The position numbers and the translations under genes were made by a program. The notes beneath the pieces are model-generated. The model was not told where the DNA came from and did no database searches. It worked only from the letters and a program-made list of their open reading frames with translations. This document shows positions 49,034 through 59,300 of a stretch of 64,000 bases of DNA, in pieces. Within the stretch, counting starts at the first letter, position 1. The number at the start of each line of letters is the position of its first letter. This stretch comes from an uncultured bacterium (GTDB lineage: Bacteria > Actinomycetota > Actinomycetes > S36-B12 > CAIKAW01): contig CAIKAW010000046.1 of assembly GCA_903825575.1 (NCBI GenBank), forward strand, positions 12,852-76,851, read 5' to 3'.

Positions 49034-50074
49034 TCACCCCGGCCAGGTGCAACCGCAGATCGGATGGGGTAACCACGTGCGTGTGCTGAACTCTTGGGTG
49101 AGCATCTCGTATTCAAGGCAGGTCCCGGCACCTGGGAAACCGGCGCCATCGGAGCGGTCGTGTTCGATTACGCCAAGGACCCGGCGGGCGGCCAGCGCCC
49201 CGGCCAAAGTCGCTAGAACCGTGTCGACTGGTCCTTCGTCGGTGCGGTGGGTGAGTTGGGCGCTTTGCCGCGACCAGGTTGGATCTCGGTCCCGGCGGCT
49301 CAGGTAGATGCACCGCAGACAGGCAGTGACCCCAGGCACTACAAGTGGCCCGACTGCGATGCGGTGGCCAACGGCGTGCACCAGCAGGTGTGGCACATCG
49401 GCTGCGACGAGGGCTTCGGTGTCTTGGGCTTGTTGGTGTTGTCGATCGGCCAGAACTACGACGTGGGGCGGGTGAGCCGACACTCGGCTGCTGATTTCCT
49501 GCACAACTGTGCTCGGGCTGCAGCGTTCGACGACCGCGCGCATGGTGGCAGTTGCGCCGAGTCCGGCGGTGAAGGGCGAGATCTCAGCGCAGGTTGGTTG
49601 GCTCGAGACTGTGAGCCGACCGATGCCAGCAGCGGCCAATAGACCGATGGTGGCGGCTGCGACGCGGCCGGTTCCCCTGACCTCGACCACGGCTTGGCGG
49701 CGGGCGCTCATGTTGATTGCGCCGGCCCCCGGAGTTCCGAGGGCCAAGCCGGCAGCAGCAATGTCCGGGGCAAGTCGAGTGCGTTCGTCGGGGGTGGCTC
49801 GCCCGAGTTCGGGGACATTAACGCCGGCATCCTCGAGGGCGCCGACTTGCTGTAGCAACGTCAGTAGTTGCTCGCCGCGACCCGGGCTGAGCCCTTGGTT
49901 TGCACCGGCAGCCACCGCGTCACCGCGGGTGCGCGAACCGTCGAGGGATAGCAGCCAGGATTGTTCGGTCAAGGTGCATGGGATTGCTGCCGCCCGGGTC
50001 GGATCCGTACCGAATTGCAGTAAGTCATCGGTACGCCACAGCACAGGGACGCCGGTTCGCAGTTTCGGGCGCAT
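49034..50074 (-). CDS. ThiF/E1-like protein (Rv3196-like)
   Basis: GTGRV..LAAAGIG, VGPLVVPG.TACLRC, RDRDP.W, HPICGC. Confidence 0.82.
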   Translation of the reverse strand: MRPKLRTGVPVLWRTDDLLQFGTDPTRAAAIPCTLTEQSWLLSLDGSRTRGDAVAAGANQGLSPGRGEQLLTLLQQVGALEDAGVNVPELGRATPDERTRLAPDIAAAGLALGTPGAGAINMSARRQAVVEVRGTGRVAAATIGLLAAAGIGRLTVSSQPTCAEISPFTAGLGATATMRAVVERCSPSTVVQEISSRVSAHPPHVVVLADRQHQQAQDTEALVAADVPHLLVHAVGHRIAVGPLVVPGVTACLRCIYLSRRDRDPTWSRQSAQLTHRTDEGPVDTVLATLAGALAARRVLGVIEHDRSDGAGFPGAGTCLEYEMLTQEFSTRTWLPHPICGCTWPG

Positions 50075-50150
50075 CCCCGGAGGGTGGCAGGTTCTTGGTT
50101 ACCGCCGCGGCGGTCCTACACAGGCCGACCCCTGCCTACCCCCAAAACGC

Positions 50151-50191
50151 GTTCGACCCCGGTCCGACGTGAGTCGGAACCGGGGTCGAAC
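50151..50191 (-). terminator. Long hairpin downstream of the Zn-ribbon gene
   Basis: GTTCGACCCCGGTCCGAC-GTGA-GTCGGAACCGGGGTCGAAC. Confidence 0.8.
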
Positions 50192-50201
50192 AAGCGACTG
50201 G

Positions 50202-50366
50202 TTAGGCCTTCTTGCCGAGAATGCGTACAACCGTCGTGCTGCACACGGGGCAGGTGCCCCGGGCCATACGACGGCCATTCTTCTCGACTACCTCGCCGGT
50301 GAACGCCCGCTTCTCCTTGCACTTAACGCAGTACGCCTCGCCGGTGTAGCTCTCGTTGTCGGCCAT
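50202..50366 (-). CDS. 54-aa Zn-ribbon protein (DUF5679-like), missing from the ORF track
   Basis: MADNESYTGEAYCVKCKEKRAFTGEVVEKNGRRMARGTCPVCSTTVVRILGKKA; GGAGG RBS; own terminator. Confidence 0.88.
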   Translation of the reverse strand: MADNESYTGEAYCVKCKEKRAFTGEVVEKNGRRMARGTCPVCSTTVVRILGKKA

Positions 50367-50642
50367 TGTGGTCCCTCCCGGTGCCCTCGATCACGTGGAT
50401 CGCTCGTGGCCACTGTGTGGCCTGAACGTTGGTCACCATATGGGCAATTGCGCAAAGAACGGCGCCGCCACGCTGAAACGCGCCCGAATTGTCGGGATTA
50501 CCCCGATATTGAGCGAAGCCCCCAGGTCTCGTTCCCGACGCTCGCCTTCCCCTTGCGAACGCGGGCCCGTTCTCCCGGGGGCCTCGTCGGGGAGAAACGT
50601 AGAAGGCTGGCCCGTCGCCGTCAACGGGGGTAAGCGCGCACT

Positions 50643-50784
50643 TGTTGATAAATCTGGGGACAACTTGTGGGCGAGAGCGGGATTAGCTGTGCACGGGTGG
50701 TGGGTAACGCTGGGGGTAAGTACCCGGACCAGCAGGGCAACCGCCCCGGCACCTGCGGCAACCACGTACACAGGTTGTGGACAC
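50643..50784. promoter_or_regulatory. Cluster of DnaA-box-like 9-mers
   Basis: TGTTGATAA 50643, TGGGGACAA 50655, TGTGGGCGA 50666, GGTGGGTAA 50699, TGTGGACAC 50776 versus TGTGGAYAA. Confidence 0.65.
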
Positions 50785-50855
50785 AAAGAAAGTCGCCAAA
50801 CGGTAACGCCCCGGTGAACTTTCGGTGGCCTGCGCCTGGCGTTAGCGTTCGGTAT

Positions 50856-51467
50856 GTGATGACGGTCAGTGCGATCTCAGGTCTGCCACCGGACGTGGAA
50901 GTGCGCCGTAGCACCCGGCGCCGCCGCACGGTCAGCGCCTACCGTGACGGCGGCCGCACCGTTGTTGTGGTTCCCGCTCGCATGAGCGAGCGTGACATCC
51001 GTGCGTATGTCACCGATCTGCTTGCGCAACTGAGCGCTCGTGAGCAGCGGGCGCATCGAACCGACGATGAATTGCACGGACGAGCGCTTCAGTTGCTGAC
51101 GGCATATTTGCCTGGGGGTGCCGAACCGTTGTCCGTGCGTTGGGTTAGCAACCAGCACGAACGCTGGGGCTCGTGCACCACCACCGATCGCTCAATCCGG
51201 CTTTCCGATCGACTGCAAGGGATGCCGGACTATGTCGTTGACTATGTGCTGTTACACGAAATTGCACATTTGCAGGTAGCTGGACATGGCGCCGACTTTG
51301 AGGCGTTGCTTAGCGGCTATGCGGATGTCGGGCGGGCCCGGGCTTTCCTTGACGGTGTTACCTTCACCCGGCGCAGCCCTTCGGCAGCCCCTGAGACTCC
51401 TGTGGCACGTCGCCAAGCGGTGGCACGGCAGAAGCGGCCAGACACTGACGCACCGGGCCTGTTCTAA
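50856..51467 (+). CDS. YgjP/DUF45 (M48/SprT-like) metallohydrolase
   Basis: RRSTRRRRTV, WGSCT, YVLLHEIAH, HG..F; TAGCGT-N7-GTG. Confidence 0.88.
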   Translation: MMTVSAISGLPPDVEVRRSTRRRRTVSAYRDGGRTVVVVPARMSERDIRAYVTDLLAQLSAREQRAHRTDDELHGRALQLLTAYLPGGAEPLSVRWVSNQHERWGSCTTTDRSIRLSDRLQGMPDYVVDYVLLHEIAHLQVAGHGADFEALLSGYADVGRARAFLDGVTFTRRSPSAAPETPVARRQAVARQKRPDTDAPGLF

Positions 51468-52006
51468 CGCCCGCCAGCAATCTGCCGCGAAACCTCAATC
51501 AAGCGCCGCAGGCTGGCGTCAGTGATTTCTGGTGCAGCTGCAGGAAACCATCGGACGTCGTGACTTTCCTCGCTCGTTGTCGGTACCTGCGAACTCGAGG
51601 CCAGCGCTAAGAAGCGCACGTCCAAATGCGTTGGAGCACAACTGAAGTTTGGTCCTAGTTCGTGCTCATCCAGATCAACTGGATCGTTTAGTACCTTGAG
51701 GTCCTGCAGCCCGCTTTCCTCAACTGCCTCACGTTGCGCGACATAGGCCAGCGTCGGATCATTCGCATCGCAGTGCCCACCGAACTGCAGCCAACGCCCG
51801 GACTTTCGGTGGTGGGTAAGCAGCACCTGATCAGTAGCTGGATCGAATACAAGGGCGGACCCAGTCAAGTGTCCGGCAACGCATTCGCGGAACATCGCAT
51901 TCTCGTTCAGCGCCAGAAACTGCAGGTACCGCTCCCGAAGTTGCAGCTGCTGCAGGCTATTGCCCTGGTATGCAGCAATTACCTCAAGCGCGTTACTGCG
52001 AAGCAT
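51464..52006 (-). CDS. NUDIX hydrolase
   Basis: GHLTGSA, WLQFGGH, REAVEESG, HLDVRF. Confidence 0.88.
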   Translation of the reverse strand: MLRSNALEVIAAYQGNSLQQLQLRERYLQFLALNENAMFRECVAGHLTGSALVFDPATDQVLLTHHRKSGRWLQFGGHCDANDPTLAYVAQREAVEESGLQDLKVLNDPVDLDEHELGPNFSCAPTHLDVRFLALASSSQVPTTSEESHDVRWFPAAAPEITDASLRRLIEVSRQIAGGR

Positions 52007-53261
52007 CGTCCGCGTTCGGAAAGTCGTCCGTCGTTCGGGCCAAAACAAAACTTGCGATGTCATCAAGGTCAGAATCATCCGGGAGCAGATCGGGGTGATC
52101 CCACTGCGCATCGCGCCACTGCATTCCCTTTGCGTCCCCGAGGGCATCCCAGAGCGAAGCCGCATCGCGAAGTCGACGAGGACGCAGCTCCAGCCCGACC
52201 AAATTGGCGAAGGTCTTTTCGGCCGGTCCGCCGATGGCTCGGCGCCGGCGCAGAGTTTCGCGCAACTTAGCCGCGTTCGGCAACCGGTTGCTGATCGCTT
52301 CAGCCACGACAACGTCGACCCAACCTTCGACCAGCGCCAGCAACGTTTCCAACCGCGCCAGTGAGGCCTGTTGTTCGGGCGTATCGACCGGCTCGAAGAC
52401 CCCAGAAGCAAGGGCATCTTGGATTGCTTCCGGTCGCGTTGGATCAAGCTCGCGCATCGCCTCTTCCATGCGTGCCGAGTCGACTCGAACTCCGCGCGCG
52501 TAAGACTCAACAGCGCCTTCGAGTCGGCCCCGCAACCAACCGACGTGCGTGAACAGACGCTGGTGTGCTGCTTCGCGCAACGCCAAGAACAGGCGCACTT
52601 CGTCGGCTGGGATCTCTAGTCCAGCACCAAATTCGCTGACGTTCCCTGGCAGCAGTGCCGCCCGTCCATCTCTCGTCAACGGGATGCCGACATCGGTACT
52701 CGACACCACCTGTCCGGCCAACTCCGCCAGCCCTTGGCCCACTTGAGTACTGAACATGACAGCACCGAGTTGGCGTGCCATTCCCAGCATCGGGCCTGCC
52801 ATGGCCATGAGTTCTGGCGGCAGGCCTGATAGTTCGCTGGGATCAGTGCCGGCCGCCGGGAGCAGTTGACTCATCGCTTCCTGCATTTGTACAGCGACCG
52901 GTTCGATGATTCGTTGCCATTCTCCCAAGGTGTTCTCGAGCCATTCGGAGCGACTCCAGGCATTCGCCGCCAGCACGGCCGAAGGGAAAGCGGTCGCCGG
53001 GTCAAGCCAAACGTCGGCTAAGCGAACTGCGTCGGTGATCGCGGCGCGTTCCACGTCGAGGACACTCGGATCTCCCGCTTCGGCCAAGGTCTTGCGCGCA
53101 ACATCGCGCACTAGGTCCCAATTCACCGGCCCGGCAGACTCCCCGCCGCTGGTTGAAAGCATCCGCCCGAGTTCCTGCAGTGCGTCTCCGATCTGCGACA
53201 TGTCGAATCCGCCGGGTTCGCCGGGTTGGCCGGGGGTAAAGCCAAAGGGCAAATCGTTCAT
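51993..53261 (-). CDS. Zincin-like DUF2342 protein (Rv3195-like)
   Basis: MNDLPFGF, GPVNW, REAAH, LETLLALVEGWV, GGPAE, LVGLELRPR. Confidence 0.88.
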   Translation of the reverse strand: MNDLPFGFTPGQPGEPGGFDMSQIGDALQELGRMLSTSGGESAGPVNWDLVRDVARKTLAEAGDPSVLDVERAAITDAVRLADVWLDPATAFPSAVLAANAWSRSEWLENTLGEWQRIIEPVAVQMQEAMSQLLPAAGTDPSELSGLPPELMAMAGPMLGMARQLGAVMFSTQVGQGLAELAGQVVSSTDVGIPLTRDGRAALLPGNVSEFGAGLEIPADEVRLFLALREAAHQRLFTHVGWLRGRLEGAVESYARGVRVDSARMEEAMRELDPTRPEAIQDALASGVFEPVDTPEQQASLARLETLLALVEGWVDVVVAEAISNRLPNAAKLRETLRRRRAIGGPAEKTFANLVGLELRPRRLRDAASLWDALGDAKGMQWRDAQWDHPDLLPDDSDLDDIASFVLARTTDDFPNADDASQ

Positions 53262-53376
53262 GTCGAAACTCCGATCGAAGACTTCTGGGGCACACTTGCG
53301 GCCGTGGACATCTTGGTTAACACCGTAACCTCGGAATCCATGGTTTGGGTGAGGGGACGCTGGAAGTGATGTTGCT

Positions 53377-54450
53377 ATGAGCAGCACGACCAAGCCCACG
53401 CCTGTCGTGATCGTGACTGGGGCCCTAGGTGGACTGGGTCAAGCAGTGGCCGCAGGTTTGGTGGGGGCAACTGGAATCGGGACCGTCATAGCCCTAGGCG
53501 GGCGGCGATCGAGCATCTCGGGCACGACGTGGCGGACGGCCGACGTGCTCGATCCTGGGGTGGCGACGAAATTCAGCGACGCCGATGTGGTGGTGCACCT
53601 GGACCTCGACCTCGGCATCGACGCCGAGCCGGTGGCGCGCTCTACGGTAAACGTGCGTGGCGTGGAGACCGTGTTGACCGCGGCCGCAGCGGCTGGAGTT
53701 CCACGCGTGGTTCTGGTGACCTCGGCCATGGTCTATGGGGCGAGCCCTGACAATCCGGTTCCGCTTCCGGAGGACTCCCCGCTGGCAGCGTTGCCGGCCG
53801 GAGTCGTTGATGATCTGCTCGAAATTGAGCGCCTGGCTGTCGTGGCGCGTCGGGTTCATCCCGGACTTGATGTAGTCGTGTTACGGCCAGCAACCATCGT
53901 TGGAATCGCCCAGGACGGAGCCGTGAGTCGACACTTTGCAGCCCCCCGTCTGGTGGGCGTGCGCGAAGCACAGATGCGTTGGCAGTTCTGCCACGTGACG
54001 GACTTGGCCTCGGCTGTTGCCCTGGCTGCAGTGGGAGCGGTGTCAGGTTCGCTGGCCGTCGCGAGTCTGGGCTCGCTCGACCAGGACCGGGTGAGCGTGC
54101 TGTCCGGACTGCGTCGGGTAGACCTGCCAGCCACGGTGGTGTTTGCCGCCGCAGAACGGCTTCACCGAGCGCACCTAACTCCTGCACCGGCCGCCGACTT
54201 GGCCTACTTGTCATACCCCTGGGTCGTCGATCCGGACGCGCTTTTGGCGGCCGGTTGGAGTCCTACGTTCGACAACGAAGCGTGTTTGGCCGAACTCCTC
54301 GCTGAGCTTTCCGGCGGCCTTACCCTCGCTGGTCGTCGGGTGGGCATTCGCGATGCGACGTTGGCTGGGGCTAGCGCTGCCGGCGCGACCGTCGCGTTGG
54401 TCGGTGCTGCAGCCTTCGTCCGGCGGGCTCGCAAATCACGCGGGCGCTAG
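53377..54450 (+). CDS. NAD-dependent epimerase/dehydratase family protein
   Basis: TGALGGLG, NVRG, SAMVYGA, QFCH..D. Confidence 0.85.
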   Translation: MSSTTKPTPVVIVTGALGGLGQAVAAGLVGATGIGTVIALGGRRSSISGTTWRTADVLDPGVATKFSDADVVVHLDLDLGIDAEPVARSTVNVRGVETVLTAAAAAGVPRVVLVTSAMVYGASPDNPVPLPEDSPLAALPAGVVDDLLEIERLAVVARRVHPGLDVVVLRPATIVGIAQDGAVSRHFAAPRLVGVREAQMRWQFCHVTDLASAVALAAVGAVSGSLAVASLGSLDQDRVSVLSGLRRVDLPATVVFAAAERLHRAHLTPAPAADLAYLSYPWVVDPDALLAAGWSPTFDNEACLAELLAELSGGLTLAGRRVGIRDATLAGASAAGATVALVGAAAFVRRARKSRGR

Positions 54451-54501
54451 GGCCGACCCGAATGGGTCGTACGCTGTGGGCAACTGCGGCGAGGAGCAAG
54501 C

Positions 54502-54747
54502 GTGTCGTTTTGGGTTTGGTGGTTGGTGCCTGCGGTGGCGACTGTCGTGGCGTTGATCATCGTCGGATTTCGAGCCAGGCCCGGCAAGCCCGCCGAGCCC
54601 GAATCCGGCATGGCTGAACTCGAGCGGTTCCGGGAAGCCATGGAACGCCCACTGCCGCGCGAGGGTCGGGCCTTTGCTCGCCCGGACGAGAGCTGGGGCG
54701 AGGACACCGGCGAGATTCCGATCGTGCCGAACAACTGGTCGAAATGA
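54502..54747 (+). CDS. Small membrane-anchored hypothetical protein
   Basis: GAGGAG RBS, N-terminal TM, ERFREAM; ATGA overlap with next gene. Confidence 0.7.
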   Translation: MSFWVWWLVPAVATVVALIIVGFRARPGKPAEPESGMAELERFREAMERPLPREGRAFARPDESWGEDTGEIPIVPNNWSK

Positions 54748-55790
54748 GTCGACGCGCTGCGACGTTCAGCGTCGCCGCTACCTTGCTGGCGGTCCTCCTT
54801 CTGGTCACGATCTTGATCCCGGTGCCATACGTCGAGTTGAGTCCGGGTCCAACGTTCAACACGATCGGCTCGTTTCAGGGCCATCAGTTGATCACCATCA
54901 CTAAGACGACTACTTTCCCGACCTCCGGGCATCTGGACATGGTTACCGTCAGCGAGACCGGCGGCGCCTACGGCGGTCTAACTTTTGGTCAGGCCCTCTT
55001 TGGTCAATTGCAGTCTGGCACTGTGGTCTTGCCACGTTCGTTGCTTTACCCCGCAAATCAGACAAGTGATCAAGCTCAACAGCAGGGCGCCGAAGAGTTC
55101 ACCGCATCCCAGTCGGCTGCAATTGGTGCTGCCCTTCACTATCTGGGGATCCCAGTCACCGAGCAGGTCTACGTATCAAGTGTTGTCAACGGTGCACCCG
55201 CATCGGGCAAGTTGCATGCCGGAGACGTGTTGCTGGCGATTGACGGAACCAAGGTGGTCTCTGCAGATCAGGTTGGGACGTTGGTAAGGGCACACCATCC
55301 CGGTGATCGACTCACCATTGAAGTTGATCGCGACGGTGATCGAGAATCGGTGGTCGTTGTCACTGCTAAGAATCCACAGGACTCAACGCGCACGTACATC
55401 GGCATCTTGGGAAGCACAATGTTCACCGGACCGTTTCCGATCAAGTTCCAACTCGACGACGTTGGCGGACCCAGCGCTGGGCTGATGTTCGCCCTCGGGA
55501 TCATCGACCGGCTCACTCCTGGTCCTGTCAACGGTGGTGGTTTCGTCGCCGGAACCGGGACGATTGCTCCCGATGGGACGGTTGGTGCAATCGGTGGGAT
55601 TGGCCAGAAGGTGGTGGCTGCTCGCGTTGCCGGCGCCACGCTGTTCCTAGCGCCGAAACAGAACTGCTCGGACCTAGCGGGAGTTGTCCAAACGGGAATC
55701 ACAGTCGCTGCAGTTGGCAATCTGGTTGATGCGATGAACGCGATCGCTGCTTGGCGAGCCGGTAAAGCAGTAGTTGCTTGTCAGTCCTGA
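54744..55790 (+). CDS. YlbL-like PDZ + Lon (S16) protease
   Basis: TM, PYV..SPG, PDZ, GGPSAG Ser and IGQK Lys dyad. Confidence 0.92.
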   Translation: MSRRAATFSVAATLLAVLLLVTILIPVPYVELSPGPTFNTIGSFQGHQLITITKTTTFPTSGHLDMVTVSETGGAYGGLTFGQALFGQLQSGTVVLPRSLLYPANQTSDQAQQQGAEEFTASQSAAIGAALHYLGIPVTEQVYVSSVVNGAPASGKLHAGDVLLAIDGTKVVSADQVGTLVRAHHPGDRLTIEVDRDGDRESVVVVTAKNPQDSTRTYIGILGSTMFTGPFPIKFQLDDVGGPSAGLMFALGIIDRLTPGPVNGGGFVAGTGTIAPDGTVGAIGGIGQKVVAARVAGATLFLAPKQNCSDLAGVVQTGITVAAVGNLVDAMNAIAAWRAGKAVVACQS

Positions 55791-56278
55791 AGCGTTGTTG
55801 CCAGTGCATCGGCTAGGCCGGGCACGAGGTCAGGGCCGACGCTGAGCGATTCCTCATGACCCCTCATCCGTAGGGCACACAGGCGCGAACCGTCGCGCAG
55901 AACTGCCACCGCGATGCGCACATCTCGGCGATCCGGGTGGGTTTGGGCGAACGAAGTCAGTTCAGATTCGTCGGTGGGCAGTGCTGCCTCGGCGCTCGGT
56001 GGCAGGTAGACGCGTTCTAGAACGATGGCGCAGCCGGTTACCTCGGCGGGCCAAGCAACGTGGGCGAGCGCTTCGTGCAGCGGGCGATCACCGGGCAGCG
56101 CGTCTTGTTCGATGGGGGTCATCGCGTCCGCACTTTCGGCGACGAGTCCAAGCGTTGGCTCGCGGGCCGCCAGTTCGCGAGTGTTGGCCAGCGCGAACAG
56201 TCGAGGTGGCTGATCCCAACCCGCAGTGCCGACGTGTACTTCGATTTCACGAAGCACCGAGGTAAGGGTCTCAATCAC
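55781..56278 (-). CDS. PPA1309 family protein
   Basis: EIE.HV...GWDQPPRLFAL, WPAEV.G, HPDRRDVR; TACACT-N6-GTG. Confidence 0.85.
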   Translation of the reverse strand: MIETLTSVLREIEVHVGTAGWDQPPRLFALANTRELAAREPTLGLVAESADAMTPIEQDALPGDRPLHEALAHVAWPAEVTGCAIVLERVYLPPSAEAALPTDESELTSFAQTHPDRRDVRIAVAVLRDGSRLCALRMRGHEESLSVGPDLVPGLADALATTLQD

Positions 56279-56320
56279 GGGGCAAGTGTGTACCAACGGC
56301 TCGTGGCGTAGGTTGGGGAG

Positions 56321-59300
56321 GTGACCTTCCAGATGCCTCCAGACCCTGAGTTCTCCGACCGGCCCCAGGGAGTGCGGCCACCTAGGCGACCTTTGAGCGG
56401 GCGCCGGCGGATCTTGCTGCCGGTTGTGCTGGTTCTGGTGGCCATCGCATTCGCATTCGTAGCGCTTTCGGGGGTCTATACCGAGTTGCTGTGGTTCCGT
56501 TCCATCGGCCACCCTTCGGTCTACGTCCGGATCTGGGTTACCAAGATCGGTCTATTCGTAGCTTTTGGTTTGCTCATGGCGTTGTTGGTCGCGTTGTCGG
56601 CATGGGTGGCGTTCCGGGTCCGACCGGTGTTCCGCAGCGTTTCAGCCGAGCAAGCCAGTCTCGAGCGGTACCGCAGCGCCCTAGAGCCGTTCCGACGGGT
56701 GCTGTTCGTCGCTGTTCCGGCTGTGGTCGGCGTCATGGCAGGTGCCTCAGCCGCCGGTAACTGGCAAGTCTGGATGATGTGGCGCAACTCGCATCCGTTT
56801 GGCATGACCGATCCGCAGTTCCACAAGGACGTAAGTTTCTACGTTTTTGCATACCCTTTCTACCGGTTCGTTCTCGGCTACCTCTTGATGGCCGTTCTTG
56901 TGTCGCTGCTTGCCGCGCTGGCGATCCACTACGTCTACGGCGGTCTTCAACTTCAGGCGGTTGGACGTCGGGCCACGCCGGCTGCGCAAGCACAGCTCTC
57001 GGCAATCCTTGGGGTCTTTGTTCTACTCAAGGCTGTCTCGTATTACCTCGACCGGTTCGGGCTGGCGATCAAGGGCGACAGTCTTGTGCAGGGCTTCACT
57101 GGATTGAAATACCGCGATGTCCACGCGCTTCTTCCAGCAAAATCAATTCTGGCCGCGGTTGCACTTCTATGCGCAATTTTGTTCATTGCCAACATCTTCC
57201 GGCGCACCTGGACCCTGTCCTTGCTGGGTTTGGGATTGCTTGTAGTTTCCGCGACGTTGATCGGCGGAATCATTCCGGCGCTGGTTCAGCAGTTCCAGGT
57301 CAAGCCAAGCGAATTGGTCAAGGAACAGCCCTACATTCAGCGCAACATCGATGCGACCTTGAGCGCCTACGGCCTGACCAAGGTGCAACAGCAGTCGTAC
57401 AAGGGCAATGACCAAGCAAGCGCCTCAGCAATCCAGGCTGATCTGCCTACGCTTGCAAACGTACGTTTGGTAGACCCCGCACTGCTGTCGCCGACCTTCC
57501 GGGCACTGCAGCAGGTCCGCACCTATTACTCGTTCCCAGATGCGTTGAACATCGACAGGTATCCGGTCACGTCGTCGACGGGAACAACGACTACTCGGGG
57601 AACGGTCATCGCGGCCCGCGAAATAGACCTGACCAACCTTCCTGCGGCACAGCAGAACTGGGCCAATGAGCACCTGATCTACACCCACGGTTACGGCGTC
57701 GTTGCTGCATACGACAACACTGTGCAGTCCGATGGCACCCCGAGCTTCTTCTCATCGGGTATTCCTATGACCGGGCAGATTACTGTTACGCAGCCCCGAA
57801 TTTACTTCGGGCAGACTTCGCCCGACTATTCCATCGTCACCCCCGGAAGCGCTGTCGCACACGAGCTCGACTTTCCCGATGACACAGCAGCGACGGGTCA
57901 ACAGACCACCAGCTACGCGGGTCCAGGCGGAGTTGGCATGGGTTCGTTCTTTAACCGGCTGTTGTTCGCGGTTAAGTACCAAGAGCCCAACATTCTGCTG
58001 TCGAGTTTGATTGACTCGAAGTCGCGCATCTTGTGGGACCGCCAACCGCAGGTGCGGGTGGCCAAGGTCGCACCGTGGCTGCACTTGGATAGCAACGTTT
58101 ACCCAGCAGTCGTCGACGGCCGGATCAAGTGGATCATCGACGGCTACACGACGACGAACGCCTTCCCATACTCAAACAGCACCACTTGGGCCGATGCGAC
58201 CAACGACTCGTTGACGCCGACGATCTCTAACGGTTTCGGGCCGACGCCGGTGGCGTTGAACTACGTGCGGAACTCCGTCAAGGCGGTCGTCGATGCCTAC
58301 GATGGGTCGGTCGCGTTGTACGCGTGGGATGAGTCCGACCCCATCCTCAAGGCCTGGGAGGGCGCATTCCCCGGCGTTGTGCAACCCAAGTCGAGCATCC
58401 CGGTTTCGCTGATGCCACACCTGCGTTACCCGACCGACCTGTTTAAGGTGCAGCGCTACGTTTACAGCCGCTACCACGTCAACGACCCCAACGCTTTCTA
58501 CAGCGGTCAGGGTTTCTGGATCGTCCCGACCGATCCGACCAACAAGGTCGACCCAGCGGCACTGCAGCCGCCCTACTTCCTGTCGTTGCAGATGCCAGGG
58601 CAGGCGGCGGCGTCGTTCTCGTTGACGTCGACTTTTGCACCGCAAAAGCGTCAGACCCTTGCCGCGTTCATGGCAGTGGACTCGGCTCCTGGTCCGGACT
58701 ACGGAACGATTCGGGTTCTTGAACTTCCGAGCGAGACGACTCTGCCCGGTCCCGTACAGGTGCAGAACAACTTCGAGTCTGATCCTGCCGTTAGCCAGAC
58801 GCTGAGTCTGTTGCGCGGCAAGGGCTCCGAAGTCGATCTGGGCAACTTGCTTTCGCTGCCTGTTGGCGGCGGACTGCTTTACGTCGAGCCGGTGTATGTG
58901 CGTGCTACAACCGATGGATACCCATTGCTGAAGAAGGTGCTCGTCGGTTTCGGCGCCAGAGTGTCGATGAAGGATTCGTTCCAGGCGGCGTTGGCCGATG
59001 TGTTTGGTACTTCCACGGGCGGAGGCACGACTCCCGGCGGCGGTACGACACCGGGCACCGGCACCACGGCTCAGCAACTTGCCCAGGCAATCGCTGACGC
59101 CCAGTCCGCTTACACCGCGGGCCAGGCGGCGCTGGCTAAGGGCGACTTCGCTGCCTACGGGGTTGCACAGAAGGAGTTGGCCGCGGCCCTAGCTCGGGCT
59201 GCGGCCGCCGAGGCCAAGATCAACGGAACTGCCACGAAGCCCACTCCTAGCACGAGTCCGTCGGCCTCGCCGTCGCTTTCGCCCTCATCGTCGGCGAGCA

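Noticed and set aside
49034-50366. TOMM/RiPP cluster (ThiF-like gene plus small Cys peptide)
   Set aside because: No YcaO or dehydrogenase; the ThiF-like gene is a conserved core neighbour of the ABC1 kinase; the small protein has Zn-ribbon spacing
27625-59077. Long antisense ORFs (27625-28719, 41753-42631, 49509-50633, 58172-59077)
   Set aside because: Shadow frames of well-supported genes in high-GC DNA, with no recognisable motifs
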